Notes under the pieces: model-generated
The model's database searches: none
Told to the model about the DNA's origin: nothing
Seen by the model: only the letters and a program-made list of their open reading frames with translations
Position numbers and translations under genes: made by a program
In this document: piece by piece, positions 48,203 to 57,532 of the stretch
Layout: each line of letters begins with the position of its first letter
How positions within the stretch are numbered: position 1 is the first letter of the stretch
Assembly: GCA_044347615.1 (NCBI GenBank)
Contig: JBIKUK010000002.1
Location: 128,309-192,308, forward strand
DNA length: 64,000 nucleotides
Reading direction: 5' to 3'
Source: Bdellovibrionota bacterium
GTDB lineage: Bacteria; Bdellovibrionota; UBA2428

Positions 48203-49740
48203 AAAAATTATTAGGAATAAGTGTTTTATGTGGAATGTGTTTTGAGGCAAATTCGCAGACTCCGCCTGAGGCTACTACTTCAAAGAAAATACAAGTGAAG
48301 TCTTACGAGGGAACAATGCGAGATAATTTGCCTGTTCCTAGTAATGCTTCTAAAAAAACCGAAATTTTTTATCCTCGTCCAGGAGAAGTTTCCTTTTCAA
48401 CTCAAGTTTGGTGTGGTGATGGTGACGTTGCTCATTACTATTCAGCTCATCCCAATGAGGTTTATAATAAAGGGGCTTCTATTCAAAGGCTTGCAATGGG
48501 TTATTGGGTAACAAGTGGTAGTGAAAAAGTTCCAGATCCTAGCTCATGGTTCTTAATGGGCTATTCAGACATTGCGTCAACGAAGGGTTTTTTGAACAAA
48601 ATTAAAAGAGCCAATTCAAGTGCAGAAAATCAGGCCTCCGTTATTCTAACAGATGAACTTAATAAATTAAAAAATCAATTTACAGTTTTAAGTTCTATTC
48701 GCGATGAAAAGAAATTTAACGTTTATGCGGGAGTAATGCTTTGTAATTCTTATCAAGATAATTCGGGAATAAATACCTCAAAAGATTCCCCGACTGCTGC
48801 AACTATCGCCGATAGATTAGTCGATTATTACAAAAATAAATCCATTAAAGATTCGAAAGAAATTTTAAATGGAAAAATTGCGAAAGCAAGCTTCTCAGGA
48901 TCGGAAGGTCTTTTAAATATTCAATTTGTTGGAGGTAATTCATCAAATATATATGACGAAGCATTAAAGAAATTAAAAGATTTAGATTGCAAAGATGTTT
49001 GTATTGATTCAACAAATCCTTCATCTGGTTCTTCTAAAACTATTTCTGATTATAGAGATTACTTAAATAAAGATAAATTGGTGGATAGGCTTATAACTCT
49101 TTCTTCAACTTGCAAAAACCAACTTAAGAAAGGCTCTGTTCAGTATTGGTGGGAATCTGTTTCGATGTCACTTGATTGCCAGGAAGTTGGGGCAATCGAT
49201 TTTTCAAATCTCATACAAAATTTGAAAGCAGACACTAAATCCTCAAGCGATCCTGCTCTATCAATAGATGAATTTAATAAAATAAAAATTGATTTAGAAG
49301 CAGCCCTTTCGCGAAGCGCTTTAGTAAAGCAAGTACAAGATTCTATTGACGGACTTGGACTTTCTAAAAATAAGGGTCGATGTTTTCCAGTAGGTAGACC
49401 TTACATAGAAACTATTATTGCAAGTCTTCCCTATTCCTTTACCCAAAAAATCACTGATCAGGGGACAATCCTAGTTTCTATCCAAGGTAGTAAAAGTGAA
49501 ATGACTATGCCTGAACCTAACTATGCTCTAGGTGCTGCAGCTCAGTATTATAAAAACGAAAGAGCTGTATTTATGTCGGATGGTGATCCTATGATTATTG
49601 ACATTACCAAAACTCTTCCGGTTATTAGTTTTGGTTCGGGAGTTACTTTTCCTATGCATGTCAGAGATGTAGGCTGTAGTAATGGTCCTGGGTACTGTAT
49701 CTTAAAACATAAGGACCGCTTCTTTGAGAGACTTAATTAA
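48199..49740 (+). CDS. Secreted hypothetical protein within the pilin-like operon
   Basis: It has a signal peptide (MKKLLGISVLCGMCFEA). The ATGA overlaps the upstream gene. It has no recognisable catalytic motifs. Confidence 0.5.
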   Translation: MKKLLGISVLCGMCFEANSQTPPEATTSKKIQVKSYEGTMRDNLPVPSNASKKTEIFYPRPGEVSFSTQVWCGDGDVAHYYSAHPNEVYNKGASIQRLAMGYWVTSGSEKVPDPSSWFLMGYSDIASTKGFLNKIKRANSSAENQASVILTDELNKLKNQFTVLSSIRDEKKFNVYAGVMLCNSYQDNSGINTSKDSPTAATIADRLVDYYKNKSIKDSKEILNGKIAKASFSGSEGLLNIQFVGGNSSNIYDEALKKLKDLDCKDVCIDSTNPSSGSSKTISDYRDYLNKDKLVDRLITLSSTCKNQLKKGSVQYWWESVSMSLDCQEVGAIDFSNLIQNLKADTKSSSDPALSIDEFNKIKIDLEAALSRSALVKQVQDSIDGLGLSKNKGRCFPVGRPYIETIIASLPYSFTQKITDQGTILVSIQGSKSEMTMPEPNYALGAAAQYYKNERAVFMSDGDPMIIDITKTLPVISFGSGVTFPMHVRDVGCSNGPGYCILKHKDRFFERLN

Positions 49741-51256
49741 AAAAAATAAATGTTCTTATCTGCCGAGTCGGCAAGGCAATCTTTTGATTGTCTTGCCAAT
49801 TATAGTTTGTCTTTTGACTGCAGCTTTTGGAATTTCTGCTTTTATTAATTTGAGTAATTTTAATTTAAAGCGTGTTGTTCTCAAGCAAAAATCCCACGAA
49901 ATTTCAGAAAAAGTTCGAGCACGTATTCGAGAGTTGATTCAAACAAATCAGATTTGTAGTGGATATGATTTTTCTCTTTTAAAAGCTGCGAATACAATTC
50001 CTGTCGCTCCTTTTACTTTTGACAAAACAAAGTTAGTTGGTTGCTTTCTGACTCAAGAGGAAGTCGTTATGTTTAAGACTGTTGACTTAATTGTGACTCG
50101 TTTAGCGCGAGCTAATGACGCTGCTTTGGCTCAAACTATGATTCAAACACAGTTTAATTTTGTGACAGATTCTTCGCCGATTTTTACGGAGTCAGTTAAT
50201 CGCCAAATTTTAGTAGGGTTGGTTACACCTATGACTTTTGCAGTAATTTTAAGAGGTAGTGGAAATACTATAAATCTAAATCCCAAAAGTTCTTTTGTTG
50301 TATCCGGTAAAACTCTTGTTTCTAATAAGGGTAGTAGCGGAATTGATTTTGATAATTTTGCTTTACCGCCTATTTTTGAAAAGAGAGAGGGTGAGGTTTT
50401 GTTTGAGGATACTCTCTTTCAAACAGCTCCGGCTGTTTCTTCTTCGCTTTTTTTTAATGTCGAGACTCTTCTTTTTCATTTTAGAGGGGGAATTCAAGAC
50501 GGTGCTTTCTCGGGAGTTACTTTTGGTTTTGATTCTATGGGAGCAGAGTGGGATCAGCCATTAGATTATTTTTATGTTTACAGCGAAGAGGGTGGATATC
50601 CACTTCCCGGAAAAATTCCAAATTCAGCTATAGGACCCTTTGGGTATAAACCTATGAATTTGAGTCGAGCATCGTTGAAAAGTTTTCCGGATGATGCAAC
50701 TTCTCCAAGCGGGCCTGTTCTTAAAAGCCTAAATCAAACGTGTGAGGCATCAGCCTCTTCTTCGGAAGGTAGTGTAAGACCGATGGTTTATCTCAATAAG
50801 AGTAGAGACCTGAATTTGGACTTTAAAGATTCATCCGTTTTTTGTGGTTTGATTGTTGCAAATGTTTTGAATTTAAAAATACCGGATGGGGCAGAAATTG
50901 CAATTTACGGGCATATTAATGTTTCTAAAATAAATATTGAAGGAAAGGGGAAGGTTTACATAGTTAACCCCTATGATTTTAAAAGCGCTCCACAGAAGGC
51001 GACTCTCCCTTCGGGCGCAAGTATACAAAGTCTTATTCCAATTCTTGATTCTTTAAAGACAACGGTTGCTCATAACTTTTTTGTGCCTATAGGTAATGCT
51101 CCATCTGCTTTTTCTCCTCAGTTAATGTCAAAACATTTTGAAGTTTGCGGGACAAGTAAATGCTGGAAACAATATATAGAATCTTCAGATTTATCTGAGT
51201 TATATGTTGCTAATTGGTATAAAAATCTAAAAATGATGGTGATAGAGGCTCTATGA
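49724..51256 (+). CDS. PilX-like protein with N-terminal membrane anchor
   Basis: ...SRQGNLLIVLPIIVCLLTAAFGISAF resembles a PilX_N domain (RQ.G followed by a hydrophobic helix). It overlaps the upstream gene by 17 nt. It overlaps the downstream gene by 4 nt. Confidence 0.5.
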   Translation: MRDLIKKNKCSYLPSRQGNLLIVLPIIVCLLTAAFGISAFINLSNFNLKRVVLKQKSHEISEKVRARIRELIQTNQICSGYDFSLLKAANTIPVAPFTFDKTKLVGCFLTQEEVVMFKTVDLIVTRLARANDAALAQTMIQTQFNFVTDSSPIFTESVNRQILVGLVTPMTFAVILRGSGNTINLNPKSSFVVSGKTLVSNKGSSGIDFDNFALPPIFEKREGEVLFEDTLFQTAPAVSSSLFFNVETLLFHFRGGIQDGAFSGVTFGFDSMGAEWDQPLDYFYVYSEEGGYPLPGKIPNSAIGPFGYKPMNLSRASLKSFPDDATSPSGPVLKSLNQTCEASASSSEGSVRPMVYLNKSRDLNLDFKDSSVFCGLIVANVLNLKIPDGAEIAIYGHINVSKINIEGKGKVYIVNPYDFKSAPQKATLPSGASIQSLIPILDSLKTTVAHNFFVPIGNAPSAFSPQLMSKHFEVCGTSKCWKQYIESSDLSELYVANWYKNLKMMVIEAL

Positions 51257-51753
51257 GAAAATCATTAGAGAAAGGATTTACGGTTGTTGAAGCTCTTGTT
51301 TCTCTTGGTGTTCTCACGCTTGTGGTTGGGGTTGTTTTGACCATTTATGGTGATTACTTTAAGACGGCAAATCGAAATTACAAAGCTATGTCTGAGAGGG
51401 TTGTTCTTACTCAAATTTCTTCTCAGCTTTATTCAAATATTAATACTTATCCGGTTGTTTTAGGTAAAATATATGTTTCTTGTTTTTTAAAAAATGCAAC
51501 TGGAACGGATATTTTGAATCCTAAAACTCAGCAAAAAGAGCAAGGGTTTATTGCTGTCTCTTCCTATAATGAGAATTCGCCAAGTATTTGTTCTAAGGAT
51601 GCAGAAATTGAAGTTCATGTAACCGCCTCACCTCGATCAAGTCCAAATTCGGGTACTCGATATCTTATAGAGGTTTTTCAAATTACATCTTTTGAGTCAG
51701 GTGGTTTGATGAAAAAGTATACTGAAGAAATCAATGTTGCATCAGGAGTTTAG
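51253..51753 (+). CDS. Minor pilin or pseudopilin (prepilin-type N-terminal motif)
   Basis: MRKSLEKG|FTVVEALVSLGVLTLVVGVVL is the class III signal peptide. Glu is at +5. The length is 166 aa. Confidence 0.7.
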   Translation: MRKSLEKGFTVVEALVSLGVLTLVVGVVLTIYGDYFKTANRNYKAMSERVVLTQISSQLYSNINTYPVVLGKIYVSCFLKNATGTDILNPKTQQKEQGFIAVSSYNENSPSICSKDAEIEVHVTASPRSSPNSGTRYLIEVFQITSFESGGLMKKYTEEINVASGV

Positions 51754-51762
51754 GAGAGTGAG

Positions 51763-53091
51763 ATGTTCAGAGTGAGCGAAAAAAAGATTTTAAACTTGCT
51801 TCTTTTCTCGTCTCTTCTGGGATTGGTTATGGGTTTGCTAGGCATATCTGTGACTCTTTTGTGTAGGACTACTGGTGGTATTGAAGATATGGCCTTGTAT
51901 TACTGGTCTTTGTCAGGACATGGTTTTTCTATGTTAGTTTTGTGGGTTCCTTCGATAGTTTTGTATTTTTTAGTAATTGAAAACAAAAATATTTTAAATA
52001 ATAAAAATTACCGTTTTGTATTTTTTCTAGGACTCATTCTTTTCTTTATTTCTCAACTTTTTATTTTAGTGGCTTATCTTTTCCCAAAAGAAACTCAGTT
52101 GTCTCGGTTTATTTTAACTCCTAGTTCGAGGTTAATGATTGGATTTTTTCTTGTAAATAGTTTTTCTCAAGTGATTTTATTTTTTTCATTTTCATTTTCT
52201 TTAGCAAGCTTATTGAAAGCTGAAAAAGAAAAAAAAATTCGTATGAGTCTTTATTTAGGGGTTTTTGTTTCCATAACTTTTGCTTTAAGTGCGGGTTTTT
52301 CGAACGTTTTTTTGCAAAGAGGTTTTTGGCAAGATGAGTGGAGTGATCATTTGTGGCTTCCTTTAGGGCACTTCTCGATGCAAGCCATTACGATGATCCT
52401 TTTCCATTTATGGTCTCTACGTTTTGTTAAAGATCAGGAACAGTTTTATAAAACTCGAATTTTTCTTTATTTGGCTTATCCTGTGTTTGTTTTTTTGGGA
52501 TACATACATCTTTTACCCGAACTTTTTAAAGTGAATGCTATTGGTTATTGGGATGATCATTACGTTTGGATACCAGCTATATCCTCCATGTTTTTTACCG
52601 TTTATTTGTCATACAATGCTTTTCGTTTTTTTAAAAAAGAGAATATCTTTTATGTTTTAAGTTTTTTAATTTTTTCGATTGTCGGAGGACTTACGGGGCT
52701 TAAAATTGTTACGGATACATTATTTAAAACACTTGTGCTTGGTACCTTGTTTATGCCCGGTCATTTCCATCCTCTTTTGTTAGGTGGATTTTCCATGAGT
52801 ATGATATTTTATTTATATGAAAAAAATCTAAATAATCTAAAGCAAGTAAAATTAAAAAATTTTCTTTTTGCATCACTTCTTTTAGGGGTTTTATCTTTTT
52901 CATCTTTATTAATGTACTTAGGGTTTGGAAGATCTCTAAGGAGGTATCCCTTTTTAGTTGATCCTAAGTTAACATTTTTTTCTTGGAGTTTGTTTATCCT
53001 AGCTGGATTGACTATTGTTTCACTTTTGTTCTTAGTTTTTCGTTATTTTTATATAAATTTTCGCAGCACTTCAAAAAAAAATGAATTTTAA
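51763..53091 (+). CDS. Polytopic membrane protein of about 12 transmembrane helices, as the last gene of the pilin-like operon
   Basis: This 442-aa protein is highly hydrophobic with multiple helices. It has conserved-looking His residues. No family is assigned. A TfpO/PglL-like (Wzy_C) pilin glycosylation role is one hypothesis. Confidence 0.6.
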   Translation: MFRVSEKKILNLLLFSSLLGLVMGLLGISVTLLCRTTGGIEDMALYYWSLSGHGFSMLVLWVPSIVLYFLVIENKNILNNKNYRFVFFLGLILFFISQLFILVAYLFPKETQLSRFILTPSSRLMIGFFLVNSFSQVILFFSFSFSLASLLKAEKEKKIRMSLYLGVFVSITFALSAGFSNVFLQRGFWQDEWSDHLWLPLGHFSMQAITMILFHLWSLRFVKDQEQFYKTRIFLYLAYPVFVFLGYIHLLPELFKVNAIGYWDDHYVWIPAISSMFFTVYLSYNAFRFFKKENIFYVLSFLIFSIVGGLTGLKIVTDTLFKTLVLGTLFMPGHFHPLLLGGFSMSMIFYLYEKNLNNLKQVKLKNFLFASLLLGVLSFSSLLMYLGFGRSLRRYPFLVDPKLTFFSWSLFILAGLTIVSLLFLVFRYFYINFRSTSKKNEF

Positions 53092-54407
53092 TTTTCATTT
53101 TTAAAATAATGAGTATCTGAGCTAATTTGTAAGGCGAGTGATCCATAAAAAGCAAGAACTTTGTGTGACTGGTTTAAAAGTTCTTGGGCAAAAGCTGTGT
53201 TATTGTTTTCAAAAGCATCTTGAGCTTTTTGGGTTAGGTTGAGAGCAGCTTCAAGGCCTACGCTTATTTGCTTCGTATTTCTACATGTGTGAGTTTTTAA
53301 ATAATCTTTAATCTCTCCAATCAGTTTATTATTAATTGGAATACTTTCTTTTAAGGGTCCTCTCCGAAGAAAGTTTTGAAGTGAGTGCCATAATTCTAAT
53401 TGGAGTTCATTTAGGAGCGTGCCTACGGGAATCTTCTTTTGGTGATTTTCTAAAAAATTATGAATGAGTGTTTCTAGTTCCTGAGGTGATTGTTCTAATC
53501 TTTCGCCTAGAGATATATGCGTTGAAACAATAGCATCGATCTCCTCTGGTGTGAGTTTGTTTTTATAATTGTGATTTAAATCAAGAATAAGAGCAATGAT
53601 TTTATCGGATTCTTTCAAGTATCTTTCTCTTTGCAAGCTGAGAGAGTCATTATTTGAAAGTATTTTCAGAGAATTTTCAGTATTTAATGTCTGATGAATG
53701 AGGGCAGAGTCAACTTTTTTTTGTACGATAAGTAAGTGGTTGATCCAGGATGCGGTCTGAATTCCCTGTCGAGATTTTAAGTTTATTTGGTATTGCGAGC
53801 TTTCGTTGAGGTTCTTTAGAATTCCATTAGAATTAACAAACTCTTCCATTATACGTAAATTCCAATAATTTGCTAAGTCAGGAGTGAGTTTAAATTCATT
53901 GAGAGAGTTAATTTCTTCAAGCCAAGCTTTAAGCTCTTCTACAAGGCTATGGTAACGATGATCTTTTGTATGTCTTTGGAATTCTTTGAAGGGTGCTTCT
54001 GCTATTGAGATGTTGTGAAATTTGGGAATTTCACAAATAAGTTTTGTGTTGGTATGGCTACTCGGATGATTAGGAGATTTTTGCTTTGAGAGAGATTTCC
54101 ATAAAAAATCTTTTGTAAAAAATATTTTGTTTGAATTCTCAATATTTTTTAAAGCTGGATCAAAAATCTTATTCCATAATTTTAAAGGAATACTGTAGCT
54201 TAAAGGTTCGTTAAGGCTAGGCTGAGAATTTCCAAAAGAAAATGAATCACTTTCTAGTTCGTATTCAAAGGTTTTATTTTTTTCTTTTAGGCTAAAAGAA
54301 TCAGGTAACTGTACTCGGGCTTGAGCATTTTCAACAAAAGAAAAGGGAAATGAAAAAGTTGAATATAAAGAGAATTTAAAAAATAGATCTATGAAATTAT
54401 TTTTCAT
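53088..54407 (-). CDS. Secreted hypothetical protein (439 aa, largely helical)
   Basis: It has a signal peptide (…FSFPFSFVENAQA). The ORF is long and clean. It is convergent with the previous gene, overlapping by 4 nt. Confidence 0.5.
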   Translation of the reverse strand: MKNNFIDLFFKFSLYSTFSFPFSFVENAQARVQLPDSFSLKEKNKTFEYELESDSFSFGNSQPSLNEPLSYSIPLKLWNKIFDPALKNIENSNKIFFTKDFLWKSLSKQKSPNHPSSHTNTKLICEIPKFHNISIAEAPFKEFQRHTKDHRYHSLVEELKAWLEEINSLNEFKLTPDLANYWNLRIMEEFVNSNGILKNLNESSQYQINLKSRQGIQTASWINHLLIVQKKVDSALIHQTLNTENSLKILSNNDSLSLQRERYLKESDKIIALILDLNHNYKNKLTPEEIDAIVSTHISLGERLEQSPQELETLIHNFLENHQKKIPVGTLLNELQLELWHSLQNFLRRGPLKESIPINNKLIGEIKDYLKTHTCRNTKQISVGLEAALNLTQKAQDAFENNNTAFAQELLNQSHKVLAFYGSLALQISSDTHYFKNEN

Positions 54408-54419
54408 CTTATTTTGGAA

Positions 54420-55376
54420 ATTAAAGTGAATTTATCCGCAATGACGCACTCGGTCAACGGTTAATTGCGTTTGGAATTTAACTACAAATCCAGCTGTCTA
54501 AAATTTAGACAGAATCACAGTGGCGCGCTCGTTAGGAGGACTTATTAAATTCCTACTAACGAGCGATTCCGCTGCAATTTTAAGAACTGTTCGTTGGGAT
54601 TTCCCCAAAACAGCTCAAGAGTTGGTAAAACAGACAAGATATTTCTCGTTCCGATCAACTTAAGCCTCTCCAGCATACATTGATCAATTCCAAGTTGAAC
54701 TTATCTGCTGCCACTCAGGCATGAATCCTGAGGAGCAACCATTCATACGTTTTGAGGGTTTAATCTCAAAATGCATTCCTCCAGAGGTCCTCGCTTTTCT
54801 TAGGAGCTTGGCGACCTCATCTGCCCCACTTAAAAGAATGGTCGTTGAGTTCGTAGGCACTGACGATGGCAAAGCAATCGTCGGCACATACTTTTTCAAC
54901 CACTTTTGCAAGTATAGGAGAACACTTGCGACCTTTAAGCGGTTCCGAGCTTTCATCGCAACTCACTCTCGACATGTTGTCCTCTCGCCCTTGGAAGAGT
55001 TGTTGGGTGCAAATATCCAGTGCTTCACCAACAATACTAGCCTTCACTCGTGTGAGGAGCTCGGCCACTTCCTCGGTCTACCGTCGTTCGTTCCGAACGG
55101 TTGCGGACCGATGGGGTTTCAAGGTTCGCTTTCGCTACAACCTATCAAGTTACCAGTGCCTAACACGAACCTATTAAACACTTTGTCGATCAGCCTTTGA
55201 TTTGTGCATTACTACACAAACCAATGATCCAGGCTAAAGCAGTAACTGGACGATTCTGCTTGCAGGGCTTGCACCTGCTTGAGTTTTGATTAGCTTCGCT
55301 GCTTCTCAAACACACACTTGGAATAAAGCACTTTGCGTGCCATGAGTGTTTTCAGCTTTTAAGATGTGGAAATAAA
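54420..55376. other. GC-elevated (~48-50%) ~1-kb region with no convincing CDS. It is a candidate structured ncRNA, a long leader, or a foreign gene remnant.
   Basis: Several overlapping 60-160-aa ORFs lie on both strands. None has recognisable motifs and codon third positions are atypical. Multiple hairpins are present: a 19-bp perfect palindrome at 54494-54512 and a 10+ bp stem at 54526-54565. The region is bounded by a minus-strand terminator at 55373-55422. Confidence 0.25.
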
Positions 55377-55422
55377 AAAACCTGAGACATTTTTTCTTTT
55401 CATGAAGAAAATTTGCCTCAGG
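55373..55422 (-). terminator. Rho-independent terminator on the minus strand, downstream of the 55440..55751 gene
   Basis: The minus strand reads CCTGAGGCAAAT...GTCTCAGG, a hairpin with an internal AAGAAAA/TTTTCTT sub-stem, followed by TTTTTTT. Confidence 0.6.
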
Positions 55423-55439
55423 CTTGTTCTAGATTGGGA

Positions 55440-55751
55440 TTATTTTTGAATTTTCTTAAACAAATTATCAATTTTTTTGTCTAAGTCGTTCATGGCTTTT
55501 AAGCCTTTAGAGTTAAATCCTTTTCCAAGATTGTCATAAATAAAGAAAACCTCTGTTTCAACGAGCTCAAGGATGTCTTCAACTTCTTTCTTCTTGTAGA
55601 GGGACTGAATAGATTCAAAAATGAATTCAGCAGAGGGAGAGTCGGATCCAAGGTGGATGATCGCGTAACTGAGAGCAGAGACAGCGTCCAAGACTTTGTT
55701 AGAAAGAGGTTTAGGGGCTTTAGGTTTATTTTTTGCTTTAGCTTTTTTCAT
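55440..55751 (-). CDS. Small hypothetical protein with a Lys-rich N-terminus
   Basis: The 103-aa protein begins MKKAKAKNKPKAPKP.... It has no signal peptide and is followed by a terminator. Confidence 0.5.
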   Translation of the reverse strand: MKKAKAKNKPKAPKPLSNKVLDAVSALSYAIIHLGSDSPSAEFIFESIQSLYKKKEVEDILELVETEVFFIYDNLGKGFNSKGLKAMNDLDKKIDNLFKKIQK

Positions 55752-55822
55752 GATTTCCTTTTAAATACGGGTCATGAATATATCGACTATTTAAGAGCGT
55801 ATGTACAACAAATAATGAAGGC

Positions 55823-56494
55823 CTATCTACGATAACTTAGCAAAAGACGAAAAAGATCTTGGTCTTCAAGGTTTCGTGCAATATCGAGCAAGCATCCGGA
55901 GTGATCTGGGAAGCATTCGTTAACATCTGCACCGGCTTCAAGTATGCGTTTTACAACAAGGCGAAAGTATTCTTTGTTGGGATACTTTTTGTAGTGATCG
56001 ATAAAATTTATCAAAACTTGATTTCCTCTTCTGTCCCGTAAAAGAGGGTTGGCTCCTAGGTCGAGGAGGGTGGCCATGATTCGAGGATCATCAGCAACAT
56101 GAATCGCTGCTGAGCCAGAAGCAACTCGTTGTGAATCGTTTAGCTTGGTATCGAGCTTTGCGCCTTTGGCTTTTAGATATTGAATGAGAACAATTTTTTT
56201 ATCTACGGAATAAAAGAGTCCCGAGTGTAAATCATCCGCAAAGCTTCCAAAGGTATTTTGTCGACTTACATATTGAACGTCTTTCATTCCCCAATGACTG
56301 ACGATTTCAAAAATTGCGGGGAATTTTTCATCGTTGAGATTTTCTCCTTTTTCAACAGAAGAGAAAATTTCAAAGAGATCACCTTTTGCTATGGCCTCTT
56401 TGAGGTTGGCTTGAGCAGAAAAATTAAAAAGAAATTGAGAGAAAATAGGAATCAGGTAGACGTTGAAAGCTTTTCTGTATTTGTTGAGGCTCAT
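55823..56494 (-). CDS. Ankyrin-repeat protein
   Basis: About 4 ANK-like repeats are present (...SAAIHVADDPRIMATLLDLGANPLLRDRRGNQVL...; ...VKRILEAGADVNE...). It has no signal peptide. Confidence 0.75.
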   Translation of the reverse strand: MSLNKYRKAFNVYLIPIFSQFLFNFSAQANLKEAIAKGDLFEIFSSVEKGENLNDEKFPAIFEIVSHWGMKDVQYVSRQNTFGSFADDLHSGLFYSVDKKIVLIQYLKAKGAKLDTKLNDSQRVASGSAAIHVADDPRIMATLLDLGANPLLRDRRGNQVLINFIDHYKKYPNKEYFRLVVKRILEAGADVNECFPDHSGCLLDIARNLEDQDLFRLLLSYRR

Positions 56495-56664
56495 TTGTTG
56501 TGGGTCAATCTAAGCCTTGAGGACTTACAGGCAACTTAAAATCTATTTAAATACTTGGTACTAAATAAAATTCAGGAACTGGTATCCAATGAATTTAGAT
56601 GAATTTCGAGGGAGTATCTTTTATTTTCTAGAAGTTTCGTAAAACGACATCTAGGCTATGTTTT

Positions 56665-57528
56665 ATGAAAGGCATATTGTTAGCGGGTGGGAGTGGAACC
56701 CGTTTGTATCCAGCGACTATGGCAATCAGTAAACAGTTGCTACCTGTTTACGATAAGCCCATGGTTTATTATCCACTAAGTTTGTTGATGCTCGCCGGCA
56801 TCAGAGAAGTTTTATTAATCTCAACTCCTCAAGATATCTCAAGGTTTGAAATGTTGCTAGGCAATGGATCTGATTGGGGTTTAAAAATTCAATATAAAGT
56901 TCAAGAAAAGCCAGAGGGGATTGCTCAAGCTTTTGTTTTGGCAAAAGATTTTTTAGACGGACAACCTTCGTGTTTAGTCTTAGGGGATAACGTTCTTTAT
57001 GGAGCTAAGCTTGAAGACTTGCTTGTAAAAGCTTCCAAAATTGAAAGCGGAGCTTATGTTTTCTCTTATATAGTTGCAGATCCTGAGCGTTACGGTGTTA
57101 TTGCTTTTGATAAATTAGGTAAAGCGACTCACATAGAGGAAAAGCCTAAAGAGTTTGTTTCCAAATATGCGATTCCTGGTATTTATTTTTACGATTCTAG
57201 AGCATCAGATATAGCATCTAAGTTAAAACCATCGTCTAGAGGCGAGCTTGAAATTACAGATCTCAATAAGTTTTATTTAAATGAGGGAACTTTAAATGTG
57301 CTTTCTCTGGGCAGGGGGTACGCTTGGCTTGATATGGGAACTTTTGATAGCTTACTAGAAGCTTCTGAGTACATTGCTGTTATTGAAAGAAGGCAGAGTC
57401 TTAAAGTCGCTTGTCTTGAGGAAATTGCTTATAGAAATAAATGGATTTCTAAAAAAGAAGTTTTAGCCAAAGCCGATAAGCTTGGTAAAACAAATTACGC
57501 AGATTATTTAAGATCATTGGAATTTTAG
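56665..57528 (+). CDS. rmlA: Glucose-1-phosphate thymidylyltransferase
   Basis: MKGILLAGGSGTRLYPATMAISKQLLPVYDKPMVYYPLS matches the RmlA N-terminus almost residue for residue. Confidence 0.9.
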   Translation: MKGILLAGGSGTRLYPATMAISKQLLPVYDKPMVYYPLSLLMLAGIREVLLISTPQDISRFEMLLGNGSDWGLKIQYKVQEKPEGIAQAFVLAKDFLDGQPSCLVLGDNVLYGAKLEDLLVKASKIESGAYVFSYIVADPERYGVIAFDKLGKATHIEEKPKEFVSKYAIPGIYFYDSRASDIASKLKPSSRGELEITDLNKFYLNEGTLNVLSLGRGYAWLDMGTFDSLLEASEYIAVIERRQSLKVACLEEIAYRNKWISKKEVLAKADKLGKTNYADYLRSLEF

Positions 57529-57532
57529 TCTT

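Noticed and set aside
51763-53091. Heme-copper-oxidase-like His motifs (GHGFSMLVLWVP, HFHPLLLGG) in the 12-TM protein
   Set aside because: The spacing and order of the His residues do not fit the COX1, NorB or NnrS helix II, VI, VII and X pattern. This is probably chance similarity, so the protein is left as an unassigned membrane protein.
54721-55200. 159-aa plus-strand ORF (MNPEEQPFIRFEGL...) as a real gene
   Set aside because: It has no RBS and no recognisable domain. Overlapping minus-strand ORFs are of similar length. Third-position composition is unlike neighbouring genes. This region is the main target of the --hypothetical-protein call-- --I explicitly decline to make.--
54420-55376. 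Identification of the GC-rich region as RNase P RNA, tmRNA, 5S rRNA or a group II intron
   Set aside because: None of the following was found on either strand: the conserved P4 strands, a T-arm plus CCA with an ALAA tag ORF, the 5S consensus, or a domain V hairpin. The region is kept only as an unexplained structured region.
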